A program made the translations under genes and the position numbers. From Podarcis cretensis (Eukaryota), in contig OX638151.1 in assembly GCA_951804945.1 (NCBI GenBank), positions 47,120,001 through 47,184,000 on the forward strand: DNA of 64,000 nt. The letters are read 5' to 3'. Positions within the stretch are counted from its first letter, which is position 1. Each line of letters begins with the position of its first letter. This document shows positions 52,149-64,000 of the stretch, one piece after another. Below the pieces are notes generated by a model, which was not told where the DNA came from, searched no databases, and was given only the letters and a program-made list of their open reading frames with translations.

Positions 52149-53415
52149 TATGGTGAAACCCCAACATTCTCCATTTCTGAAAAGCACCCTGAGGAGCCTA
52201 CAGTTTTTGAGCAAAACAATAGCAGGGAGAAGGATCTCAATCCTTTCCCTACAAAATCCCCCCATTTCTCTAAATATCAGGGTGTCCCAAAATTGTAATT
52301 ACTTTTTTAGAACACCATCAACAGAACAGTAGAAGCTGTTGAGGCTTTGTTACAGGCCTGTGTGTCCTAAATGTAGTTAGGCTCTTTAAGAGGAAGCAAA
52401 CATTGTCTTCCCTCCTCAGGAAGGAAAACTTGAAGAGAAAACTCTCAAGTATGTTTTCATAAACATTTACATACATTTCAACTTCAATATTTCAATCATC
52501 CACACTGTAACTTTGTTATGCAATTTTGTAGCACAATTAGAAAACGCGCGTTGCTCTTAATACAGTGGCAGATGAAGACACCTCCCTGTTCTAGCTGGAC
52601 GACCCATTCTTCCACCACAGGGCCACCTAACACCAACTGCCCTGTGAGTGCTCCTGCCCTACGGGATCTCTTTTGTGTGTGTATTTTAAGTGCATGGTTC
52701 TTAGAGCATCTGTTGTTTGTTATCCTGCAAGCCGCTTTCAGAACTGCAGTCTGAAAAGCAGAATACAAATCTACTCAATATGATACACACAACTGACCAA
52801 ACACAGAACTGACCAAAATGGAGAAAGCTTTCTTTCTGTTTTGCTCCTTCCTAAGCTCTAAAGTGGCCTTAATGCAGAAAAAATGCGACTTCTTAACATA
52901 TTCGTTATATATATTCATATATTCATTCATTCAATCAGTTCGTTCGTTGTTTCTAGTCTGAATATGCTTGACCTTAATACTTTGCTTCACATAGTTTGCA
53001 CTTTGCCTTTTTCTAAAATGCTGGAGAGCTGTCACCACTCAATGCAGTCAATACACTCCAGATGTTGTTGGCCAACTTTTATCAACTCTGACCAATGGCC
53101 ATCCTAGCTGGGGCTGATGGGATTTATTTATTCTTTAAAAAAGGATAGGGAAGCATAAATGTTGCTGCCATCTCATAACTGAAAATTTTGTATTTTTCAA
53201 CTGTGTGGTGCACAATTTGTAATTCACCAAGCCAAAAACATTCTACCAGCAAGGTACTAGAGACCACAGTAGACATTCTGTTTTTCCTACCAGAGTCAAG
53301 TGCTTGGGCAAGGCATAATACAAGACTGGTATGCTGTGTGCAACATATTGGATCATATGTTGTAAAGGTCTGCTGTATGCTAATCATTTTGTCTATTTCT
53401 TTAGAAGCAGTAAAC

Positions 53416-53417
<2 letters not shown>

Positions 53418-53454
<37 letters not shown>
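53418..53454. repeat. (CT)n(CA)n
   Basis: Direct reading. Confidence 0.95.
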
Positions 53455-53455
<1 letters not shown>

Positions 53456-54270
53456 AGCCGAGACAGCTTTTAAGATACGTTTTTATTACTGAGCTCATGA
53501 AATTCAAGTGGTAGGTGGTCACTTGAAATTCAAGGCAAAAAAGTTCAATCAATTGGAAATACCAATGTGAAAAACCAAACAGACGTGAGAGATCCATACT
53601 CAGATCTCTAGACACATGCACACATTTGGAAGCAGCAAATCAATGAGTCCACTTTTGGTAGCTATCAAGGACTCCACTATTTACTCAGCAAAATCCCCTC
53701 AGAAACACAAACATACACAAATGCTCTTAGTCCTGGAAAAAGACAACAAGTGAGCAATCATTTATCCCAGCAGAGCAAATTGTTTTTAAGAAGAGGACTT
53801 CTATCAGAGAAATGACATGGAGAAACAGGTCAAACAGCCTGTCCTCTAGCACTGGTGTGACAATCAAAATTAGACATGCCCTCCTACAAGCTACTTAAAA
53901 GTGGTGAGGGGGGATGTTAACTATTTTGGCCGTGAAATATGTACATACGAAGTTACATAATAGTCCTCCTTGCCTGCTAGGGAGATGTAATAGATGTACT
54001 AAATGGCCTTTAGATGTACTAAATGGCCATTAGTTTCCTTAACACTGTCCTTTATGTAAGTTACACATAATATTGCAATAAGGTTTTAAAACAGACTGTA
54101 GATAATATTGTTTTAGACTAAATCAGTGAATTCTTGCTAAAACACATGATTAAGGTAACTGTAGCCTATTCCGCTTTACTAGTGCACATGAAACACATTG
54201 ACAAACACTGCTTATTATAAAGTATCTATATAACAACCCTATGAAAAGCCAGCTTTTGACTGAAAACAAA

Positions 54271-54331
54271 TGCACTGTCTGGGAGCAGCAAGCAAGGACT
54301 CTTGCACTGTCTGGGAGCAGCAAGCAAGGAC
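54271..54331. repeat. Two-copy tandem duplication (29-bp identical core)
   Basis: tgcactgtctgggagcagcaagcaaggac occurs twice. Confidence 0.9.
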
Positions 54332-54959
54332 ACTACAACAAAAGAGCAGACTTTTTGCAATAAGGAAAGTGAGGAGAAAATACACTGGGAGGTGTGGAAG
54401 AATATTTGCGGGGTTGCAAATATGTTAAAATAATGTACAGAAAACATGGAAGTCAGCTTTAGCTGACAAAAATGGGAGGAGATTCACAAAGTTGTACTGA
54501 AGGACAGAGGTGATCAAACTCTGCTAAGCATTCCCATCTCCCAGAGGAGAAGGCATAACAGACCCACCTGCCAATCTGTTCTCTACTGCTTATCTCAGTA
54601 CTTTGTAAATTTACAATTGACTTTCCCTGAATGTTCATCGTACAATTTTCCATCCACACAAGTGGGCATACAGCATCTGAGCAGGATTAGGAATAAAAAA
54701 TTCTGAGCAAGCCTTTAAAATATGTTAAGTAATTTATTCAGTGCTAAGCATTTCTTTATTTAAGCAGGATTGTCTGTCACTACCCATCTCTCTCTCTATA
54801 TATATATATATGGGAAGTATAGGTTGAAAGTATTTAGTCAGGAAAAACACACCTTTTCTAAAATCTTTTTTGTAGCCTACTGAAGATGTTTCTATTTCAA
54901 AAAGCATCCCAAATAGATATATTTATCTCAGTTGGTATCTGCACTAGATTTCAATTAAT

Positions 54960-55720
54960 TTTAAGAACGTAAGAAAAGCCTGCTGGATCAGGCCAATGGT
55001 CCAGCACCCTGATCTCACAGGGGGCAACCAGGTGGGAGACACACAAGCAGGACTCAAGCACAACAGTGCTCTCCCTGCCCTGGCATTCCCTACCTCTACG
55101 TCGAGGTAGAACATACCCATCATGGCCAGTAGCCATCAATAACTTTATCCTCCATGAATTTGTCTCATCTGCTTTTCACAAAATTACAGAATTGTAGAGT
55201 TGTAAGGGACCATGAGGGTCATCTAATCCAACCCCCTGCGATGCAAGAATCTTTTGCCCAACATGGGGCTCAAACACATGACCCTGAGATTAAGTCTCAT
55301 GCTCTACCAACTGATCTATCCAGCTCAGTCATCCAAACTGGTTGCCATCACGCCACTGGGATTGAGTTCCATAGTTTAACTACGTGTTGTGTGAACAAGT
55401 GCTTATTTTTACCTGTCCCAAATCTGCCAACATCCAACTTCATTGGCTGCCCGCTTCTTCTGGTGTTATCTTCTCTTATGCACTTTCTCCATGCAATGCA
55501 TAATTCTATGAACTTCTATCATGTCACCTCTTACTTGCCCCAAATGCTGTGATCTTTCTTCATAGGAGACTTGTTCTATCCCATTGATCATTTTGGTTGA
55601 CATCTACTGAACCTTTCCCAATTCTACAACATCCATTTTGAGGTGAGGCAACCAAAACTGAACACAGCATTCCAAATGTGGTCATAGATTTGTATAATGG
55701 CATTATGATACCAGCAGATT
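54960..55720 (-). mobile_element. Degraded CR1-like 3' region (hosts the 55.2 kb SINE). Related ends at ~39700-39820, 46210-46390, 50390-50570 and 51280-51455
   Basis: Recurrent taagaa...gcctgctggatcagg...tccagca motif and CR1 ORF2-like tract. Confidence 0.6.
55186..55322 (-). mobile_element. tRNA(Lys)-derived SINE with CR1-type 3' tail
   Basis: Minus strand tagatcagttggtagagcatgagacttaatctcagggtcatgtgtttgagccccatgttgggc resembles tRNA-Lys; followed by a gatgaccctc...caactctacaattct tail. Confidence 0.75.
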
Positions 55721-55849
55721 TGTGTATGTACTGTTGTTGTTTTAAACTGTTTTAATATCTACAACTCTGTATCATGTATGTATATTGTAGATCATTTCAG
55801 GTTTCCTCATGGGAAGCAACAACAACAGTGCCTGGAAACAGTCAATCTG

Positions 55850-56082
55850 TGTATCCACAGCACTGACCAGAGGAGAAATGACCATTGGGAGGAGCAGAGA
55901 GAGAGAAAAAAACCACTATGGTGCACATGTAGTAGCAAAACTGGATGCCTTCATCTGCCCCAGCTGCAATAAAACATGTCTCTCCCATATTGGTCTCTAC
56001 AGCCACAGCAGGCACTGTAACTCTCCAGTGGTTTGACTTTATTCTTCCATTGTCTCCCAAGGCAGATGGATGCTAACAACAT
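55850..56082 (+). mobile_element. RTE-clade LINE 3' end
   Basis: DAFICPSCNKTCLSHIGLYSHSRHC C2H2-like terminus and (caa)n-like end. Confidence 0.7.
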
Positions 56083-58373
56083 ATATGCAACTCTGCATCA
56101 TGCCTGTATGTTGGAAATCACTTTGGGATGCCTCATGGAATAATAATAGCGTCAAATTTGGCAAATGAGAAGGGAATTTTTGTTTGGGTGTTTTCAGACA
56201 GATATTGCAAACAGTTGCAGGGGGGTTTTACTTACTGGATTTTTCCTGGAAAAGGTAAATCTAGATTAAATGGGGAGGGGAAGGAATGCAGCCTGGCATT
56301 TTGAGGCCAGCCATGTCAGGTGAATGCTGCAAAAAGTTTGCATGCACAAGGACCACTCATCCCACAAAAAGTACCTGTTTTGAAATACCTAATATTTTTT
56401 GAAAAATTACATGATAGCACTATTTTTCTAAAAAATTGATAAAAGATAACCACAAATGTATTGGGGGGGGTTTAATTTAAAAATATGTTTATAAAATGGT
56501 GCTCACTGTAAATGTGTACTGATCTGTAATAGGTTGTCCTACCAAATCACACCACCTAAAAAAGGCAGAAGACTAGCGCTAAGACTTTCTACGCATATGG
56601 AGATTATGCAACTCTGACCTCAGAAAAGTTGGATTTTCTATGGTAAGAAAAATGAGGGAAGCAGTACTAAGAAAACACGAGAGGATTACAAATGGATGGC
56701 ATCATGTGTAACACTTGTGACATGTGAGCAAATGAAGCATGGTGATTCCACACTAAAATTCTGTTTGAAAGCCATCCATTATCTGCAATCCAATGCACTA
56801 GGAGGGAAGCGGCTTTGAACATCAGGGAACACCAGGGAACATTCAAAACCACTTCCCTCCTAGTGCATAAAACGGCACTTTTGAATACCTTTAATCCACC
56901 AGAATATCATGAAGTTCATCCTTAACAAGAACTGTAATGTTGGCTTCCTTTCAATATGAGCTACCATAAATCATAAAGTAGGTCCTGATCAAAGCAATAG
57001 CTTTTTTGAAACTTATTAAATGTTAAACACACCAGCTGAACAACGGCTGCTGCAAGTGTTTCACTGAAACATTAACCACCACTTCTGTGAACATGGAAGT
57101 AGATCATTAAAGAACAACAGACTGACCTCAAAGAAATCAGTTATTTGCCTGTAAACAACAGCTATTTATAGAAAAGAACAAATGAATGCTATACTTAAGA
57201 TGGTTCTTATTTTCCTTTCATTCCCTTTAATTACAGTATCAACATTTAAGTTTCCTCTTACAACGAACTTTGAAACCCTTAATTGTTATCCTCCCTGGTA
57301 GTTCCAAGGCTCTGGAGTTTGAGGAAGGAATACACTCCTGAAGCAGCTGATTTTTCTTTCCCTTCCAGCCAAGATGCTGGTGGATTGGATGCTTCCTGGC
57401 AAAGGACCCTCAGCTGATCTTCACTGAATTTGTAATTGGTGGCTGCACCCATACTGCCCTATCATTCCAGAAAGACAGCACAGCTCCCCCTCCCCATATT
57501 ATTTGAATACAAGTAGATCCAATTCCTGAAAAGGAATTGTTTTTAACCTCAAACTCCCATCATTGCTCCACTTAAAAGAAGTCACCTCTAGACTACTTGC
57601 ACTTAAACTTGTAAACCAAAAAGTGAAAAGCTTTCTTGCACAAACAAACATGTACACCAACAATAAATCTTCCCTGTCAGTTCCTGAAGATTTGAAAATT
57701 ACATGCAGTATTAACCGTATTATCATACAGGATTAGAGAGTTTACAAACACAGATGCCTCTAATCACCAGGGAACATAAATCTTCCCACCTATATGCTGT
57801 GTAGTTCTTCTCCAGTCAGTAATAATTATAATAAACTTTTTAAAGTACACAAAATGTATCACAATTGTATGGGCATTTACTGAAATCTAGCCTACTGGGA
57901 TTCATCAGCCCCACCAGTAATATTTTAAAGTGACTGAAAAAACAGTATAAATACATAAATATAGGGAATTAGCTACCACGATTGTTTAATTGATGAAGCA
58001 AGGAATGTCTACAAAACAAATGAATAAAAATTTAGGGTTCAAAAATATAAACATCATTATTTTATTAGTTTATGGATCATCTTCTATACCAGCCTCATGG
58101 CAATTTACATAAAGACAATTACAAATAGCTTTAAAGAAGTAAAAAAAAAAAAAAAAAGAGAACATAAAATAGGTTTTAAAACAGTGCAAAAAAAGGAAAC
58201 CTTTTCACCCAGCTGAGAAAGCTTGCAGAAACAAGGTCTTCAATTGTTCCTGGAAAGTACAAATGGTGAGCATCAGTCTTATCTTAACAGAGATGCTGTT
58301 TCACTAAACAGGGGCAGCCATAGTGAAGTCCCTGCTCAGAGTTATTGTAGAACAGACTTCTAATAGTCTAGGG

Positions 58374-58509
58374 CAGGCTTCCTCAACCTCAGCCCTCCAG
58401 ACGTTTTTGGCCTACAACTCCCATGATCCCTAGCTAGCAGGACCAGTGGCCAGGGATGATGGGAATTGTAGTCTCAAAACATCTGGAGGGCTGAGGTTGA
58501 GGAAGCCTT
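58374..58509. mobile_element. Palindromic hAT-type MITE inside an old L2 fragment
   Basis: Inverted arms; perfect TSD gtctaggg. Confidence 0.9.
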
Positions 58510-59154
58510 GTCTAGGGGCTCTCCTACTTGATATAGATGGGTAAAGGCTGTCTCTAAAGTAACCTATTCCTCTGGCATATGTTAGTACCAAATCCCTGAG
58601 CTTGGCTCAGCAGCAAATTGGCATCCACTACAGATCCCGCACACAAGGTGCCTTATGCTGGCAGTAGTTTTCCCCTACGAATTCACAGGAGAAATCTCTT
58701 GTGGGAATGATAATATACAGAGAGAAGGGCTGCTTGGGAATGGCACTGCTTTGAATGTCCAAAAAAAGTCACAAAGTCTAATAAAATAGAAAACTTAAAA
58801 GGAAAAAAAAATTCCACAGAATCACACCTGGGTGATAATGTCAGGCCAAAAAAAGGACTGGAAACTATTACCCACTGGCCAAAATGTTGAGGGCGGTTCT
58901 GAGATGTAGAAAGAAATCGCGGAGACTTCACTGAAGGTCAGGGACACCGCTGAATGCAGTGAGCTATTGTGAAAGGGTAGGGGGATCCTCCAAAATCAGG
59001 CAGAGGCGACATCAATGGTATCTGCTTCTGGAAGGCATCCCTGTCCGACTTCCTCTCCCTCAGCAACCTACATCACCTTCTCAAGAATAGGAAGAGACAC
59101 CACTGGCTTCCATTATGTATTCCACATTCAGTCTCAATACAATTTATCTGAATA

Positions 59155-59406
59155 CAGTGGTACCTCGGGATGAGAACAGGATCCGTTCTGGAGCCCCGTT
59201 TGCATCCTGAATAGAATGTAAGATGCAACTGTGCGTCTGCGGGTCGCGTTTCACCGCTTCCGCGCATGCGCGTGACGTCATTTTGACTGTCTGTGCATGC
59301 GCGAGTGGCGAAACCCAGACGTAACGAGCTCCGTTACTTCCAGGTCAACGCGGAGCGCAACCCGAAAATACTTATCCTGAAGCATATTTATCCCGAGGTA
59401 TGACTA
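59155..59406. mobile_element. Related Tc1/mariner MITE with a CpG-rich interior
   Basis: ta|cagtggtacctcgggat...atcccgaggtatgacta. Confidence 0.85.
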
Positions 59407-59633
59407 TTTCATTCCCAATATTGCAGCTGTAATCTGCCATGTCTCTTCTCAATTACATTACATTGCTACAGGCCTCCCCAATATCTGCCAAGCAGTAGCA
59501 AGAGATTCCATGGGTCTTGGCACTTAAGAAGAGTTTGTGTTCCCTTGGGGGGAAATGAGGCGCAGCAGAGTCTGCAGTGCCTTAGAAATACGGTTTATTC
59601 TCACATATTTACACCAGAGTATTATGAAGGGAA

Positions 59634-59925
59634 GGGACGTGGGTGGTGCCGAGTCTTGGGCTTGCCGATCGGAAGGTCGGCAGTTTGAATCCCCGTGACG
59701 GGGTGAGTTCCCATTGTTTGGTCTCAACTCCTGCCAACCTAGCAGTTTGAAAGCACGTCCAAGTGCAAGTAGATAAATAGGTACTGCTCCAGCGGGAAGG
59801 TAAATGGCATTTCCGTTCGCTGCTCTGGTTTCGCCAGAAGTGGCTTAGGCATGCTGGCCACATGACCCAGAAAAACTGTCTGCGGACAAATGCCGGCTCC
59901 CTCAGCCAGTAAAGCGAGATGAGCT
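59634..59925 (+). mobile_element. Sauria-type SINE with a deletion in the head and a missing 3' end
   Basis: Starts gggacgtgggtggtgc; body matches the other copies up to gcgagatgagc. Confidence 0.88.
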
Positions 59926-61827
59926 CCAGTATGTTATTCCTCAGGTTTTTGGGTTGCAGAAGGAAGATGGTAAGTGGTAACCGGCTAAAATTTAGTGACA
60001 TAGTACAGGTGACAATTTGTGACAATGTACTAGAAGAACTAACTTCTAGTTGTACCTGTATGAAAAGTCCACAACGAAAAGTTTTTCACCCCAGAAAACT
60101 GGATGAAGGTTAAGGTTAACACAGCTAGAAGGTGTTTTTGTTTTGCTTTTTAATGAACCTTAATTCTCAAATTCTTACACAAGCAAGAATAAATAAGGAT
60201 TCTATGAGGTCATAGCAATTTCTCAGCTAATGGCATACATGTTTTCTTTTCTACTGCAAAAGCTAAGTCGGACACACTATTTACCAAGTGGCAAACCCAG
60301 TTATTTTACATTTTTACATCCATAATAGTTTAAGATAACCCAACTCTCTGGGCTACAGTCTGATATTTAAACTTCAGCAATATACAATGAAACAATTTAG
60401 ATTTATCTTTCACATGGCCGGAATCAAAGTAAAATGCACCTTAGGAGGCACGCACAGTTCACTTTCTCCAGCATTGCTGTACTAGGAGATCATCAGATAA
60501 ACCACATAGATAATCCCTTCAGCAGTGTCACAGTAAAGGGCACACTATATTGGCAGCTTGAGGGTCTTTCCAAAGATTTGTGCAGTATTTTCCAGAAGGT
60601 TACATTTAGAGAATAATAAGTACCCGCAAGCACAAGCTTTGCTTGTAAATTAGCCAGTAGGCAGCTTTTCATATGTAGCAGAACCTCACTACCTCATACC
60701 AATAGAAATATATACCACTAATCGTTCAATTTTACAAAATGGAAGACAACATAAACCTTACACTGAATTATTGGAGGACACTGGCTGCTTTTTATTAGTT
60801 GAGGAAGGGGTTTTGTTGTTGTTGTTTTGTATAAGTATACTAGATGTGAATCCTGCATCTGCTATGAGAAAGCAAATCTTTGGATACTGTGGGGGTTAGA
60901 GTATCATTTTCCCTCCCCTGTACTCCCATTAACAAAAGAAACTCAGCTATTCAACAAATTAAAAGGAATACAGTATATAGTGCACTTCTATATATGTCTA
61001 CTCAGAAGCAAACTCCACTAAATTCAATGGGCTCCAGGATTGCAGCCTCCAAGTTACACCTTACTGATGAATGGAAATTTACAATGTATAAGCATAAAGA
61101 AAATTCCATACAGATATAGCCATTCGAATCATGTTCCCAAAAAAGGTCAAAAATGGAAAAGCCTCTGCTTTAAGAATGAGAGAACACATTTTTATAAAAT
61201 TCACGCAGCCAGTTTATATAAGACATGGCTTCCTGCAATTTTGTTCAAAAGCATACCAAGCAAGCACACTAAAAAAACAACAACCAAAAACTTATGAGTA
61301 GAAATGTTTATAATGTAGAGAAAAGAGTATAGAAAAAGCATGCTTGGGAAGGAGGTGTTATTGCTTAATAGATTGTCCCATTTATTTCAATAGAATTCAC
61401 TTCTATATAATCTTGTAGCCTCAGTCATTTCAAAACATTCTAAAAATGATAGTCCTAAAAAATACAAATTACAATGATCTAAATTAGAACAATTTCACTG
61501 CAACTCAAGCTAACACATTTTTATTTGTAAGATTTATTCACAAATGATAGTTTAGAATCATAAGCAAAATACAGGGCATATGCTCAATGATATAGGAATA
61601 TAAACATCCCATGTATGACCTGTTACATCATGACACCATTTTATCCTTTTGACATGGAGGCTTTTCTGAATTTCCCCCTCAAATGTTTCAGTCCAAATAT
61701 GTTTGGCTCTCCAGATAACCCTCCAGATATGTTTATAAAGAACAGAAGAGTAGCAGGGTGTACTTTTTAGTTTTGTCTGCTAAGTAGTCCAATGAGCTTC
61801 TTAAATGAGATTTTCATCCATTTAGGG

Positions 61828-62104
61828 CAGGGATTCCCAAACTCTGATCCATGGGGCACCAGTGGCCCACAACTTTCATTCCAGAATTCCATGAAAATGG
61901 GCACATCCATCACACAGAATATTCATACTGATTCCTAATTTTGTTTTGATTGCTTGTTTTATTTATTATTTATATTGTATTACACACTGGTTTCTATGGA
62001 ACTACAATTGCTATGACAGGCAGAAAAAAAATCATTAAGTGGTCCACCAAGACTCTCAGCCATTTTCAAGTGGTCATGAGGGGCAGAGAGTTGGAGAACC
62101 ACTG
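61828..62104. mobile_element. Old hAT-type non-autonomous element
   Basis: Degenerate TIRs cagggattcccaaact/agttggagaaccactg and a weak 8-bp TSD. Confidence 0.55.
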
Positions 62105-63679
62105 ATTCCAGGTATTTTCCCTGGAGATTTTTGGAGAATTTCTCCTCAAAATCCCCCCCCCCAAAAAATGAGATTCAAATATTCTGGAAACCCCTTATCA
62201 CTGACATGTTTTGATGTAATGCTTGAACCACGGTTTAGCATCACAAGAACAAGCCATTGCCACCCCTAGGCCTGTAAGCTCCACCCGTCTTCTTCCAGGG
62301 TGACTGCAAAGAAGAGACTGCAGTTTGGGACACATCCAAAGCCACACAGTGAATCAACAGGTGAGATGGCATTTAAACCCAGGATCATTAACCATAACTA
62401 TGCTGAAGGTATAAAAAAAATGCATCTGGAACAGTTTGAAAAATTATACAATAGGATCTACGTCATAGGAAAATGTGTTTATGCCATTGCAGTGCTGCTA
62501 CGTGCCATTTTAATACTACTAGAGCATCATGGCACAACAAATGTGTTATTTTCATGCTGTAGCTAAACTGATCCATGGCATAAATATTAGGAATTCACAT
62601 TTTACCCAGGCTTCTGGGAATCCTACATTAAAATCTTCCTACTGCTTGTATTTGTCCCCTTGAAGGTCATTAATGTTACCAATGAAACATTCTGAGGATT
62701 TTAAAAAGATAATCCCTGGCTGGGATTTCCAGATCTTTAGTTCCAGCTCAACACATATAACCAGAAGAGTGGTTTTACGTAATGCGCTTTTGCTGTTGAG
62801 TGCTGTTGCTTGAACATTACTTTATATGTCCATAGACATAAGCATGTACGTTACTAGTTTCTCCCTGTTAAGTATTCAACTCCACAGATTTCACTCAGGT
62901 TTAAACCTGCAACAAACCTGTAATTGCATAAGCCTTCCAGAATATTTGGGCCAATGAGAACAGGGGGAAATAAAACAGCATCCCCTACGTAAATCCTTTA
63001 TTTGTTTTTGATTACTAAGCTTTCATCAAGTATCTTATAAACAGACATGTTTAGAAAACAAAAAGTTTCTTGTTTTATTTTTGCACCTTCAACATTCATA
63101 ATAACTAAACTGATGGTGCTGGAACATAAATATTCATTTACAGAACAAGCGTGCAAGGAATCCCTCAATGAGGATATAGCAAAACAAAAAATTCCAAATC
63201 AGCACCTCTAATTTCTGTAACATTGTGAGAGCCAGAACATAATATCAGTAACACGGGTTGTTTCTCCTTATTTTTCACAGTTTCGCGCATGCCACTGTTT
63301 TCAATACCAACCAGATTATATAAAAATGAAACCAATGCAACATCACAACATCGCACCCTTTCCAGTGTCTGTAAATATCCAGTACTAAATCAGGTTATTC
63401 CCAAAACTATATAAATGCAATAGCCAAAGCATCTACTTGCAAAAACCCTGCTTAGGCTTGTGTGCCTAAAAATCACTTAGGACATCTTAGCAAAAACAGT
63501 TATTATCCAGAGACCTATTCCCCCACCCAAAAAACAACAACCCATAACTGCAGTCTTAACACAAGACCATATACAGGAAAGTAATGGTTCAGCAGTTTAA
63601 AATGCTTTCAATTTCAACATGGGCTGCTGCCACCAACACATGATCACTAACAATTCTTCAGAGACAAGAGCTGGATGCC

Positions 63680-64000
63680 TCTCCAGTCCGTCCGTCCCTC
63701 CCTCCCTCCCTCCCGCCTGCCCGCCCCCCTCGCTTGCTTTTGCCAGGAAATAATACTGTTGCAGCTTTCTGGCTGAGCAACGTTGCTTGGTGGCATATCT
63801 GCAGTACCCAGAACCAGATCAGAGCGAGGGAGGAACGAGTGTGGGCAGGGCAAGGGGGGGGGGGAGAGAAGGGTGTTCACTCGGGAGTCCCCATAACCTG
63901 CCCCTGATCACTTGCTAGATCATACCCAAGGGGAGGGTTCCTCAAGCCCAAGGGGTGAGTGGGGGCGGGAGAGAAAAAGAAAGAGACAAACACACCAAAA
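63680..64000. promoter_or_regulatory. GC/CpG-enriched edge, possibly the shore of the RYR2 exon-1 CpG island
   Basis: Abrupt GC rise with GC boxes (cccgccc, ggggcggg) at the gene-5' end of the window; exon 1 itself is not seen. Confidence 0.4.

Noticed and set aside
55250-55322. tRNA-Lys gene
   Set aside because: Degenerate anticodon arm and fused to a CR1-type tail, so it is a SINE head.
63647-63880. 77-aa ORF as RYR2 exon 1
   Set aside because: No similarity to the RyR2 N-terminus; it is low-complexity GC-rich sequence.

Overview
Vertebrate genomic DNA, almost certainly from a squamate (probably a lacertid lizard, judging by the Sauria-type SINEs). The whole window lies inside the 5' part of the cardiac ryanodine receptor gene RYR2 on the minus strand. 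Four coding exons are recognisable by translation and canonical splice sites: exon 2 (22998-23117), exon 3 (13742-13846), and microexons 4 (8454-8474, 21 nt) and 5 (3530-3544, 15 nt). Exon numbering follows human RYR2 as I recall it. Exon 1 lies beyond the right edge, where GC content rises, and exon 6 lies beyond the left edge. The introns contain many transposons: a young 5'-truncated L1 with an open ORF2 and a TSD, about seven Sauria SINEs, L2/CR1/RTE fragments, a Penelope-like inverted remnant with two degenerate hammerhead ribozyme motifs, and many Tc1/mariner-type (TA TSD) and hAT-type (8-bp TSD) MITEs. Nearly all other listed ORFs are spurious. I see no convincing new multi-gene system. 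The best leads are RNA-level and regulatory: the hammerhead motifs, a candidate cryptic exon overlapping a CTCF/AP-1 site between the microexons, QKI/RBFOX motifs near microexon 4, a U2 snRNA fragment antisense to the pre-mRNA, and a strand-specific 28-bp hairpin.
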